Shown here one piece after another: positions 42,633-51,912 of a DNA stretch of 64,000 nt. Origin of the DNA: an uncultured Gammaproteobacteria bacterium (lineage in GTDB: Bacteria > Pseudomonadota > Gammaproteobacteria > Eutrophobiales > Eutrophobiaceae). The notes under the pieces are model-generated. The model was not told where the DNA came from, searched no databases, and saw nothing but the letters and a program-made list of their open reading frames with translations. The stretch lies in assembly GCA_943788005.1 (NCBI GenBank), contig CALSOP010000008.1:129463-193462 (forward strand). Reading direction: 5' to 3'. The position numbers and the translations under genes are program-made. Position 1 is the stretch's first letter. The number at the start of each line of letters is the position of its first letter.

Positions 42633-43640
42633 ATGAAATTTCTTGTAACAGGCGCTGCGGGTTTTATTGGGTCTCACACGTCACAGTATTTGCTTGATCG
42701 AGGAGATGCGGTAATAGGCATCGATAATCTGAATGATTATTACGATCCTTCCTTAAAGGAAGCGCGACTTTTAAAATTAAAAAATAATAATAATTTTAGT
42801 TTCCATAAGATAGATATTATCGATAAGGATGCTATCGATAGTATTTTTAAATCAGAATCTCCTGACTATGTCATTCACTTAGCAGCTCAGGCGGGTGTAC
42901 GATACTCTCTTGAAAATCCGTATGCTTATATAGATTCAAATATTACGGGTTTTATGAATATTCTAGAAGCTTGCCGATATTACCCGGTTAAGCATCTGGT
43001 ATTTGCCTCTTCCAGTTCGGTGTATGGCGCGAACACACTAATGCCTTTTAGTGTAAATCATAATGTTGACCACCCGCTTTCAATTTACGCCGCAACAAAA
43101 AAATCAAATGAGCTGATGGCGCATACGTATAGCCACTTATATGACATGCCAGTCAGTGGCCTGCGGTTCTTTACAGTCTATGGTCCATGGGGCAGGCCCG
43201 ATATGGCATTGTTTATATTCACCAGGAAAATACTTAATGGTGAACCTATAGATGTTTTCAATAATGGTCAGCACAAACGTGATTTTACTTATATCGATGA
43301 TATCGTTGAAGGCGTTGTACGTGTATCTGATAACATCGCCACCAGTAATACTGATTGGGATAGTGATGAACCTGATCCTGCAACCAGTAAAGCGCCTTAT
43401 CGTTTATATAATATAGGTAATAATTCTCCGGTTGAGTTGATGTATTTCATCGAACAAATCGAAAAGAATCTGAATAAAAAAGCAGAAATAAATTATTTGC
43501 CATTACAAGCGGGTGATGTGCCAGCGACCTATGCAGATGTAAATGCCTTGATTGAGTATGTCGGCTATTCACCATCAACTTCGATTGAATCAGGGATAGA
43601 AAAATTTATTAACTGGTATAAAGAATATTACAAAGGATGA
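42633..43640 (+). CDS. NAD-dependent epimerase, UDP-glucuronate 4-epimerase type
   Basis: [27 protein letters not shown], and a YxxxK (YAATK) catalytic motif. Confidence 0.75.
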   Translation: MKFLVTGAAGFIGSHTSQYLLDRGDAVIGIDNLNDYYDPSLKEARLLKLKNNNNFSFHKIDIIDKDAIDSIFKSESPDYVIHLAAQAGVRYSLENPYAYIDSNITGFMNILEACRYYPVKHLVFASSSSVYGANTLMPFSVNHNVDHPLSIYAATKKSNELMAHTYSHLYDMPVSGLRFFTVYGPWGRPDMALFIFTRKILNGEPIDVFNNGQHKRDFTYIDDIVEGVVRVSDNIATSNTDWDSDEPDPATSKAPYRLYNIGNNSPVELMYFIEQIEKNLNKKAEINYLPLQAGDVPATYADVNALIEYVGYSPSTSIESGIEKFINWYKEYYKG

Positions 43641-44929
43641 ACAAGGACATGAACCGGAATATCTCCGTTATAGGATTAGGTTATGTAGGATTGCCTGTGG
43701 CAGTTGCATTCGGACAAACTTCGAAAGTGATTGGTTTTGACACAAATCAGCAGAGAATTGACGAACTGAATGATGGAATAGATAGAACAGGTGAAGTTGT
43801 CACTTCCGAGCTTAAGTCTTCTAGTATCAACTTTACATCTGACTTAAGTGAATTGTCTAAAGCTGACTTCCATATTATTGCAGTTCCAACACCAATAGAT
43901 AATTCTAAAAAACCAGACTTGAAGCCGCTTTTGTCAGCGTCTATAACAGTGGGAAAAATATTAAAAAAAGGCGACATCGTGGTTTATGAATCCACGGTTT
44001 ACCCTGGGGCAACTGAGGATGAATGCGCCTCTGTTCTAGAAAAAGAATCCGGATTAATAAGTGGTAAAGATTTCTTTCTGGGATATTCTCCGGAACGCAT
44101 CAACCCAGGTGATAAAAAACATACCTTCAAAACAATTAAGAAAGTTGTTTCTGCACAAGATGAAGATACTTTGGATACCGTGGCAGAAGTGTATTCTTCA
44201 GTAGTCGATGCAGGCGTATTTAAAGCCGCTTCAATAAAAGTAGCTGAAGCCGCAAAGGTAATTGAAAATACACAACGCGATCTGAATATTGCATTAATGA
44301 ATGAACTGGCTGTTTTATTTAAGCGAATGGATATAGATACACATGACGTGTTGGAAGCAGCAGGTACTAAGTGGAATTTTTTACCATTCGAACCAGGCTT
44401 GGTCGGCGGGCATTGCATTGGAGTAGACCCATATTACTTAACACATAAATCAGAATCATTAGGTTATTCTCCTCAAGTTATTCTTTCAGGTAGAGAGATT
44501 AACGACAGCATGGGTAAATATATCTCGGACACACTTATAACTGATTTAAAGAAAGAAAATAAAAAACTCGATGAAACCGTTATCACAATACTAGGCATTA
44601 CCTTTAAAGAAAATGTTCCAGATATCCGTAATACCAGAGTGGTCGATATAATAGCTGAGCTTAGCCATTATCCTATATCAATCCAGGTTTATGATCCTTG
44701 CGTTGATGGTGCCGATGTTCGAGATGAATATCAGCTTGAATTGACTGAGTATGAGCATCTAAAAAAGGCTGACGCAGTGATCTATGCCGTCCCACATGAT
44801 GAATTTGTCAGTCGTGGCTGGGAGCTCATTTCTGAATTATTAAATTCGAATGAGGGTACCGTTTATGATATCAAGAGCATTCTTGATAGAAATAGTAAAC
44901 CTGAAAATATTAAACTCTTTCGTTTATAA
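43637..44929 (+). CDS. Nucleotide-sugar 6-dehydrogenase, TviB/WbpO/CapL type (UDP-HexNAc dehydrogenase)
   Basis: [19 protein letters not shown]-terminus, a catalytic Cys region ([14 protein letters not shown]), and [15 protein letters not shown]. Confidence 0.75.
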   Translation: MNKDMNRNISVIGLGYVGLPVAVAFGQTSKVIGFDTNQQRIDELNDGIDRTGEVVTSELKSSSINFTSDLSELSKADFHIIAVPTPIDNSKKPDLKPLLSASITVGKILKKGDIVVYESTVYPGATEDECASVLEKESGLISGKDFFLGYSPERINPGDKKHTFKTIKKVVSAQDEDTLDTVAEVYSSVVDAGVFKAASIKVAEAAKVIENTQRDLNIALMNELAVLFKRMDIDTHDVLEAAGTKWNFLPFEPGLVGGHCIGVDPYYLTHKSESLGYSPQVILSGREINDSMGKYISDTLITDLKKENKKLDETVITILGITFKENVPDIRNTRVVDIIAELSHYPISIQVYDPCVDGADVRDEYQLELTEYEHLKKADAVIYAVPHDEFVSRGWELISELLNSNEGTVYDIKSILDRNSKPENIKLFRL

Positions 44930-44955
44930 AGATTTATGCGAACTGGAATAAATAA

Positions 44956-46260
44956 ATGAAAGTCACAATACTAGGCTGTGGTTATGTTGGCCTTGTCTCT
45001 GGTGCATGTTTTGCAGAATTTGGCGCCAATGTCACCTGTTTTGATATCGACAAAACGAAAATCGATAAATTATTGAACGGAAAAATTCCAATTTATGAGC
45101 CCGGTCTTGATGCATTGGTTAAAAAAAATGTAAAACAAGAGCGTCTTTCTTTTTCGAATAATTTGAATGATTGTATCCCTGATTCCGATCTTGTTTTTAT
45201 AGCAGTAGGTACTCCAACGAGACGGGGAGATGGCCATGCTGATTTAAGTTACGTGTATCAAGCTGCACAGGATGTTGCACCATTCTTAAAAAATTATACG
45301 GTTGTCGTTGATAAATCGACTGTGCCCGTTGGTACGGCAAGAAACGTTAAGCGGCTTATTGCGGAAACAAATCCAAATGCTGATTTTGATGTTGCTTCAA
45401 ACCCTGAGTTTCTTCGAGAAGGTGCAGCAATCACAGACTTTATGCGCCCGGATCGGGTTGTTATTGGGGTAGAAAATGAACGCGCGGAAAATGTATTAAG
45501 AGAACTCTATCGCCCCATTAATTTGATTGATTTGCCAATATTATCAACTGATCTAGAAAGTGCTGAATTGATAAAATATGCATCGAATGCATTTTTGGCA
45601 ACTAAAATAAGTTTTATAAATGAAATGTCGGTGCTTTGTGAAGCAATTGGCGCTGATGTCCACGCAGTGTCAAAAGGTATGGGCATGGATGGACGGATCG
45701 GTCGCAAGTTTTTACATCCGGGACCGGGTTACGGGGGCTCCTGTTTTCCAAAAGATACCAAGGCACTAGTAAGAATAGCTCAAGAACATGGTGCCTCAAG
45801 TAGAATTGTTGAAACAGTAATTGAAGTCAATGAAGCTCAAAAGGCGAGGATGATAAAAAAGATCCGAAACGCGCTGGGTGGAAATGAAAGTGGTAAAACC
45901 ATAGCTGTTTTAGGTCTGACGTTTAAACCTGAAACGGATGATATGCGTGATGCGCCCTCACTCGCTATATTGCCTAAGTTGATGGAAAACGGTTGTCAGG
46001 TAAATGCGCATGATCCACAAGGTGTCCAAGAAGCAAAGTCATTGCTACCTGCTGATGTAAATTACTATGACGATATTTATACTGCAATAGAAGGGGTAGA
46101 TGCTGTCGTTCTAATGACAGAATGGAATATGTATCGAAATCTTGATATGAATTTAATAAAAGAGAAAATCAATCAACCAGTGTTTGTTGATCTGCGTAAT
46201 GTCTATGAACCCGATACGATGAAATCACTTGGTTTTGATTATCATTGCATAGGTCGATAG
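44956..46260 (+). CDS. ugd: UDP-glucose 6-dehydrogenase
   Basis: ILGCGYVGLVSGACFA, GPGYGGSCFPKD, and GLTFKPETDDMRDAP. Confidence 0.85.
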   Translation: MKVTILGCGYVGLVSGACFAEFGANVTCFDIDKTKIDKLLNGKIPIYEPGLDALVKKNVKQERLSFSNNLNDCIPDSDLVFIAVGTPTRRGDGHADLSYVYQAAQDVAPFLKNYTVVVDKSTVPVGTARNVKRLIAETNPNADFDVASNPEFLREGAAITDFMRPDRVVIGVENERAENVLRELYRPINLIDLPILSTDLESAELIKYASNAFLATKISFINEMSVLCEAIGADVHAVSKGMGMDGRIGRKFLHPGPGYGGSCFPKDTKALVRIAQEHGASSRIVETVIEVNEAQKARMIKKIRNALGGNESGKTIAVLGLTFKPETDDMRDAPSLAILPKLMENGCQVNAHDPQGVQEAKSLLPADVNYYDDIYTAIEGVDAVVLMTEWNMYRNLDMNLIKEKINQPVFVDLRNVYEPDTMKSLGFDYHCIGR

Positions 46261-46264
46261 TAAT

Positions 46265-46565
46265 CATAGTTTATTGTAATAACAGCATTTACTTCACCCT
46301 TCATTAACGATAAACAAATTGACTGGGAATTAGCTGCTAAAGGCGAATTCATCGAAGTGTATTGCGATGCTTCACTCGATGTTGGTGAATCACGCGATGT
46401 AAAATGAATATAAAAAAAGCACGCGCAGGTGAAACTCTGGAATACACTGGTATACATTCTTCACCCCATGAAAATTCTGAAATTATCATTAACAATGGTA
46501 CAGATTATTTAGAAAGTTGTGTTGCTAACATTCTGAATTATCTCAAAGAACATGACATAGTTTAA
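46265..46565 (+). pseudogene. cysC: Adenylyl-sulfate kinase remnant, 5'-truncated and frameshifted
   Basis: FIVITAFTSPFINDKQIDWELAAKGEFIEVYCDASLDVGESRDVK ends in a stop. It then continues with KKARAGE..TGI..SP.E.PENSEIIINNG..LESCVANILNYLKEHDIV in other frames. The P-loop half is missing. Confidence 0.65.
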
Positions 46566-46658
46566 AGCTTTAAGTACGAGGCTTGAACTTCTATATTTGA
46601 CGTTTCAGAACCAATTATCAACGATAAACTTCGAACATTAATCTTGATTTCTTGCATG

Positions 46659-46676
46659 CCTTACACTAAAGTAAGG
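46659..46676. promoter_or_regulatory. Palindrome (candidate VapB operator) overlapping a putative promoter
   Basis: CCTTAC-actaaa-GTAAGG lies 28 nt upstream of the vapB ATG. A possible TTGATT-17-TAAAGT promoter overlaps it. Confidence 0.3.
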
Positions 46677-46703
46677 AAATATATATAAAGTAAAGAATTA
46701 ACG

Positions 46704-46946
46704 ATGGCAACGGCGACAATTACATCAAAAGGGCAAATCACTATCCCGAAGGAAATCCGGAAAAATCTTAATCTTCATAGTGGGGATCGGATTAATTTTT
46801 TTATGGAAAAATCCGGTAGGGTTTGTATATTGCCCGCAACACAGGATATCACTGCACTAAAAGGTATAATTACTAAACCAGAAAAACCGGTAACCGTGGA
46901 TGAAATGAAGAAGACAATTCGTAAGAGAGGTGGGAAGTTAGTGTGA
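46704..46946 (+). CDS. vapB: AbrB/SpoVT-family antitoxin (VapB-like)
   Basis: TITSKGQITIPKEIRKNLNLHSGDRINF is a SpoVT/AbrB swapped-hairpin motif. There is a 4-nt overlap with the PIN gene. Confidence 0.8.
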   Translation: MATATITSKGQITIPKEIRKNLNLHSGDRINFFMEKSGRVCILPATQDITALKGIITKPEKPVTVDEMKKTIRKRGGKLV

Positions 46947-47338
46947 AAGGGATCGATACCAATGTATTGGTAAGATACCTCGTTCAGGATGAGCCGAAGC
47001 AATCAAAAAAAGCGGCTACATTTATTGAAAAACATTGCAGCATTGAAGCCCCATGTTTTATCAGTCACATAGTATTGTGTGAGCTAAGTTGGGTACTGGA
47101 AAGTAATTATGACCAGAGCAGGCTCTCAATCGCAGCAACTATAGAACAACTGTTGCTGACAGCACAATTAGAAGTCATGGAAGCTGAGGTTGTATGGAAG
47201 GCTTTACGTGATTATAAAATTGCAAATGCAGATTTTTCTGATCATCTTCTTGCCAGAGTCAATGAGTCCAGAGGGTGTGATGAAACTGTGACCTTTGATA
47301 AGAAGGCCGGCAAACAACCCTTTTTTACATTGCTGTAA
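46943..47338 (+). CDS. vapC: PIN-domain ribonuclease toxin (VapC-like)
   Basis: GIDTNVLVRYL (first acidic residue) and the conserved later D/E positions. 131 aa. Confidence 0.8.
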   Translation: MKGIDTNVLVRYLVQDEPKQSKKAATFIEKHCSIEAPCFISHIVLCELSWVLESNYDQSRLSIAATIEQLLLTAQLEVMEAEVVWKALRDYKIANADFSDHLLARVNESRGCDETVTFDKKAGKQPFFTLL

Positions 47339-47426
47339 TACATACTTTGGACTATTTTTATTAGTGGTTTGGGATTCAGAGTTTAGCCCCGAGCCCCGAA
47401 ACACAAAACTAGAACCTTTTTTAAAA

Positions 47427-47927
47427 ATGAAATCCTGGTATCTAATACAAGCTAAGCCAAAGTCTGAGAAGTCAGCGAAAGAAAACCTTGAAAGACAAGG
47501 TTACGTAACCTACCTTCCGCTTATTCTTGGTAGAACAAAGAGGCGCGGAAAAACAATTAAAGCCATTCAACCGATGTTCCCGAGATATCTATTTATTCAT
47601 CTTAGCGATCAAACAGACGACTGGGGACCTATCCGTTCAACACTTGGCGTTTCAAATTTAGTGCGGTTTGGTATTACACCTGCAAAAGTACCGGAGGCTC
47701 TAATAAACTCATTAAAACAAAATGAAAATAATCTGGGAATTTACGAGCTTCCTAGTAAAACCCTATCTCATGGGGATAAACTTTTGATTGTTGAAGGACC
47801 GTTTGAGGGCTATGAAGCAACCTTATTTAGTCAAAAATCCGATGATCGTGTTATTGTACTTTTAAAAATAGCTGAAAAATTTGTAAAAGTTAAGCTAGAG
47901 AAATCTCTTATTGAACCATTAAACTAA
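47427..47927 (+). CDS. rfaH: Transcription antiterminator RfaH (NusG paralogue)
   Basis: MKSWYLIQAKPKSEKSAKENLERQG ... PMFPRYLFIH ... GVSNLVRFG..PAKVP ... GDKLLIVEGPFEGYEATL aligns along its length with E. coli RfaH as I recall it. The upstream part of the track ORF is an extension. Confidence 0.8.
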   Translation: MKSWYLIQAKPKSEKSAKENLERQGYVTYLPLILGRTKRRGKTIKAIQPMFPRYLFIHLSDQTDDWGPIRSTLGVSNLVRFGITPAKVPEALINSLKQNENNLGIYELPSKTLSHGDKLLIVEGPFEGYEATLFSQKSDDRVIVLLKIAEKFVKVKLEKSLIEPLN

Positions 47928-48001
47928 ATCTGCACTATAAAACGTAATGGTTTTTCATTAATTCAAATCATACATTATGTCTCTCACGCACTGACTCAAA
48001 A

Positions 48002-49243
48002 ATGATTAATAAATTATCTATCTGGTTAAAAGAATATTGGCCTTGCATATTAATTTTGCTAACAATAATAGGGTTTGTTAGTAAGTCTCTCTACAACTAC
48101 CCGATGGGGATAATGGCCGTAATAGGTTTATATCGAGTTACACTATCAGCAAAATCTATTTGGAACGATCAAGTACAAAAAACATTTGTTATTGTATTTT
48201 TATGCTTATGGTTACCACTATTGCTGTCATTCCCAGATGCCGTTAATCAATCGCATTCAGCCAAAACTATCTTTCCCTACCTCAGGTTTCTATTTGCTGG
48301 GCTATTTATTATTCAGGAATTATCGAAAGATAAAAAACGATTACAGTTTATTGTTTATGCTGTATTTATTATTGTGACGTTTTGGTGTGCCGATGCTGCC
48401 CTTCAATTTTTTATCGGGCATGATTTGTTCGGATATCTATATGCTAAACAATTTAGTATATCTGGCATGTTTTACCCGAGAAATACTATTTCTCACGTAT
48501 GTTCAATACTCTCTGCTTTTTGTTTTTTTACGGTATACCAAAACACACATAAAGATAAATGGCTATGGTTGACGCTTTTGCCGCTTTTCTTTGTGGTTCT
48601 TATAAGTGGTAGGCGAGCTGCATGGGTAATGTTGGCGCTATCTTCTTTCGGTTTTTGTATTTATCTTTATTTATATTCTAATAATAAAAAAATGATATTA
48701 AAAATAACCGGGGTTATTACTCTTGCTATCAGTATTGCGCTTAGTTCAACGATAATATTACATAAACCCACGAATGATCGCTTTAAGGAAACATTAGGTT
48801 TATTTAGTAATAATTATGATTCTATAAATGTTGCTACAGCAATACGGTTGCCGATATGGGGAACTGCTTATACAGCTTTTAAAGACAATCCAATTAATGG
48901 TATAGGACCTAGAGGCTTTCGCCATGTTTACCAGGAATACGCATCAAAAGATAATTATTTTCAAAGTCAGACTCACCCCCATCTCCTCATTCTTGAAATC
49001 ATGACCGAAACAGGTGTGATTGGTATGCTAGGCTATTTGGTTTTGTTATTTCTGTTAGTAAAAAATCTGCTAAAGAAGAAAACATTAAGGAATGATTTTC
49101 CTTATATATTGCCTGTGTTTGTCGCTTTATTCCCCTTTAATGCGCATATGGCATTTTACGGTTCGATATGGTCGACTATGATCTGGTGGTTAATGGCTAT
49201 TTACTTTTCAAACATTCGTTTAAATGAACAACAGAATAGTTAA
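48002..49243 (+). CDS. O-antigen ligase family (WaaL/Wzy_C) membrane protein
   Basis: 413 aa with about 10-12 TM helices and a large loop with RRAAW/..H.. features typical of the Wzy_C domain. Confidence 0.6.
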   Translation: MINKLSIWLKEYWPCILILLTIIGFVSKSLYNYPMGIMAVIGLYRVTLSAKSIWNDQVQKTFVIVFLCLWLPLLLSFPDAVNQSHSAKTIFPYLRFLFAGLFIIQELSKDKKRLQFIVYAVFIIVTFWCADAALQFFIGHDLFGYLYAKQFSISGMFYPRNTISHVCSILSAFCFFTVYQNTHKDKWLWLTLLPLFFVVLISGRRAAWVMLALSSFGFCIYLYLYSNNKKMILKITGVITLAISIALSSTIILHKPTNDRFKETLGLFSNNYDSINVATAIRLPIWGTAYTAFKDNPINGIGPRGFRHVYQEYASKDNYFQSQTHPHLLILEIMTETGVIGMLGYLVLLFLLVKNLLKKKTLRNDFPYILPVFVALFPFNAHMAFYGSIWSTMIWWLMAIYFSNIRLNEQQNS

Positions 49244-49271
49244 CAAACGATTTTATGCTTGATTTTTTCAC

Positions 49272-49988
49272 TTACATGCCTTCATGTTTTTCCCTCATAA
49301 GTTGATTATATTTTTCCAGTTCATCCAATCTATCGACCTCTGAATCTTTAAAGTTTTCCTCCAGTCGCTGTTCATATCTTTCCAAAGCATCCAACCTGCC
49401 AGCTTCATATGCGTTGTTATACCAACGTTTGGCAATATCTGGATAAGAATGAAATGCAAAATCGGCAAGATAAAACATATCGTGTCTATATTCCGAGCCT
49501 AAGTCTTGTTCTACTTTTTCCGTTAACAATTTTTCCATCATCTTTGCACCATGATATCGGACAAAATATTCGTTTCTGATAATGACAGTCGGCGCACTCA
49601 AATAGTGCCTTGCCAGTTTCAACCTCCATTGGACTTCATCGTCTTTGTCTGCTGTCATTAATTTAAAAACCAAATCATATCGATTTTTCTCAAATTCTGT
49701 AATCTTGGTATATTCTGGAATTACCTTACTAAGACCAAGCCAAATAAGTAATAGAACATAAGTACAGAGGAAAATAATAAGACGGCAACGTCCTTTTGAA
49801 AAAACAGTTTTTTTAGTTTCTGATAATACAAATGTAAATAGAATAGATAAAAAAATAGAAATTATTGCAATATAAAATAATTCAATGGGTACTGCGCGTA
49901 ACGAAGCTATAACAACAGACAGAGCACAGGCAATTACTACCATTATTCCGATTATCCATGGTAGCTTTTGAGATGATGAATTGGGCAT
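49272..49988 (-). CDS. Hypothetical membrane protein (3 TM helices plus a helical soluble domain)
   Basis: 238-aa ORF with no recognised family. Confidence 0.4.
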   Translation of the reverse strand: MPNSSSQKLPWIIGIMVVIACALSVVIASLRAVPIELFYIAIISIFLSILFTFVLSETKKTVFSKGRCRLIIFLCTYVLLLIWLGLSKVIPEYTKITEFEKNRYDLVFKLMTADKDDEVQWRLKLARHYLSAPTVIIRNEYFVRYHGAKMMEKLLTEKVEQDLGSEYRHDMFYLADFAFHSYPDIAKRWYNNAYEAGRLDALERYEQRLEENFKDSEVDRLDELEKYNQLMREKHEGM

Positions 49989-50326
49989 GATTTGAATCGT
50001 CTTAATTTGAAGAGAATGAAGAATAATAGTCCTTATTTCTAAAGTCCATGCTATTGTTTAGTATTTCCCCCCTGGCGTTTGAGAAACAATGCGTATAAAA
50101 ATATATATAGGGACGATAAAACTGACAGGTGAGCGGGAATCGAGATGGTGTTAGGCAAAACCATGCTAAGCGTTTTATTGAATTTGCTTGAACGTGAGTG
50201 TTTTTTGCTATGATCGTTCAGTTATGTGTAAGCGCGTAGATTGATTGGTGCAGTGGTGAATATATAAGAGAAAAAAGGTGTTTTATATTTTTTTAAAGTC
50301 TTGTTAGAAAATATATGTAGTTGTAG

Positions 50327-50896
50327 TTATACAGGATTTTTTTCAGGGGAATTTTTATAGTATTGTTGTGCGGTTATACCAACAATAATAAGGTCCATGG
50401 GTTTTCCATTAAATAGATAATGATCTTTTAAAATCGCTTCTTCTTTCCATCCCGCTGATATGAATGCACGTGTACTTATTTTAATTTCAGCATACATACT
50501 AGCAACTAATTTATTCATTTTCATATCATTAAACGCATGGTTTGTTATTATATTAATTGCTTCAGTAGCATACCCTTTTCCCCATTCTGATGTTTCTCCA
50601 ATAAATAAACTGATTTCGGCTAATTTATGTTGTTTTCGTATCGGACCAAGTTTGATGTTGCCTATATGTTTATTATGAAGCTTTAAAAATATCCCAAATA
50701 AATATTCATTTTTTGATTTATTTTTATCAGTAATAAAATTTTTAATGCTTTGTATTGACTGTTTTTCATGTCTTGTTTCTAAGTAGCGGTTTACTTGGGG
50801 ATTATTTAACCAATCACTGTACGCCTTTGAAGCATCTACATGATCCAGGCCGCGTAAATACAGGGAACTACCTTCTAACCGGGGCGAATGGGGCAT
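50327..50896 (-). CDS. GNAT-family N-acetyltransferase (RimJ/RimL-like)
   Basis: LR.LD..DA....DWLN.P.V.RYLE N-terminal pattern and an acetyl-CoA loop (WGKGYATEA). Confidence 0.75.
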   Translation of the reverse strand: MPHSPRLEGSSLYLRGLDHVDASKAYSDWLNNPQVNRYLETRHEKQSIQSIKNFITDKNKSKNEYLFGIFLKLHNKHIGNIKLGPIRKQHKLAEISLFIGETSEWGKGYATEAINIITNHAFNDMKMNKLVASMYAEIKISTRAFISAGWKEEAILKDHYLFNGKPMDLIIVGITAQQYYKNSPEKNPV

Positions 50897-51152
50897 ATCT
50901 ACAGGAAGAATGTCTTTGTTAAGTTATTAGAAAAAAGCATTGTTCGATTTCAAAAGTTGTTTGTTGAGCTATAAGCTTATGATTTTAAATTAAATTTCCT
51001 AAAAAGCACCAAATAATATTGTAATTTCGAAACTTAAAGTGTTTTTGAATTATTTTCTCGATTAACGGCGACAAAACAAAATCATTTAAATTGCATATAA
51101 AACAATAGCATAGGATTCCTCTAGGTGTTTTTTTAATTTACAAAGCAGACTT

Positions 51153-51197
51153 GTTCATATTTTGAACGCAATTGTATATACTGTTCACCATATGAAC
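51153..51197. promoter_or_regulatory. Two GTTCA-N5-TGAAC palindromes 30 bp apart (candidate operators)
   Basis: GTTCAtatttTGAAC (51153-51167) and GTTCAccataTGAAC (51183-51197). The second covers the regulator ATG at 51192. Confidence 0.35.
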
Positions 51198-51798
51198 AAC
51201 AAAGATAAAGATGATTCTCTTACACTTGAAATCCTACAAGTTATTGAAAATCAGAATGATGTAACACAACGACATCTTGCAGATAAACTTGGAGTGGCTC
51301 TTGGTTTGGCAAACTCATACTTGAAACGCTGCGTATTAAAAGGACTGGTAAAGGTTCAGCAAGCGCCGGCTAATCGATATTTGTATTATTTAACCTTAAA
51401 AGGATTTGCAGAAAAAAGTCGATTAACAGCAGACTATTTAAGTACGTCATTTAATTTTTATCGCGATGCAAGTTCAAGTATTACTCAGATTTATCAACAA
51501 TATGAAGCAACTTGTTTAAAACGTATTTTGTTTTGTGGTGTTTTCTGAACTTGCAGAGATTGCTTCTATTAGATCCCATGATTATAAATTCAATATTGTA
51601 GGTATTTTTGACCCATTAACTGATAAGAAAAATTTTCTCGATCTTCAAGTCATTAATGATCTAAAAAAAGCTCCTGTATTTGACGCTTGTTTAGTAACTT
51701 CATTAAGTGATGCTCAAGAATTATTTGCATTGCTGAATAAAAATATTGCCCCTGAAATAATTTACGTTCCCTCAATATTGGGTATCAATAGAAATTAA
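51192..51798 (+). pseudogene. MarR-type EPS-associated wHTH regulator with a C-terminal extension, split by a +1 frameshift
   Basis: The wHTH part (VTQRHLADKLGVALGLANSYLKRCVLKGLV) ends ..ILFCGVF-stop. Removing one T from the run at 51539-51542 gives ..ILFCGVSELAEIASIRSH.., which joins it to ORF 51535-51798. Confidence 0.55.
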
Positions 51799-51880
51799 TT
51801 TATTAAGGTCAACTTGAAATGGTTGGCTAATAATTTCAAACGTAAAAAAATTATATACAGTGAAATTATTGCACTGTATT

Positions 51881-51891
51881 GCGGTAGCCTG
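51881..51891 (+). promoter_or_regulatory. ops-like element (GCGGTAGCCTG) in a JUMPStart-like leader
   Basis: It matches the RfaH recruitment consensus GGCGGTAGnnTG at 9 of the 10 specified positions. It is preceded by CAGTG...GCACTG and lies 22 nt upstream of the probable ABC-transporter ATG (51913). Confidence 0.5.
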
Positions 51892-51912
51892 CCTGTTAAT
51901 AATATATTTGAT

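Noticed and set aside
47295-47426. N-terminal 44-aa extension of the rfaH ORF in the track
   Set aside because: RfaH/NusG homology starts at MKSWYLIQ (47427), and the extension overlaps the vapC 3' end.
51814-51912. 33-aa N-terminal extension of the ABC transporter ORF
   Set aside because: Typical exporter N-termini start near MTTFNKIW. The extension contains the ops/JUMPStart-like leader, so it is more likely untranslated.
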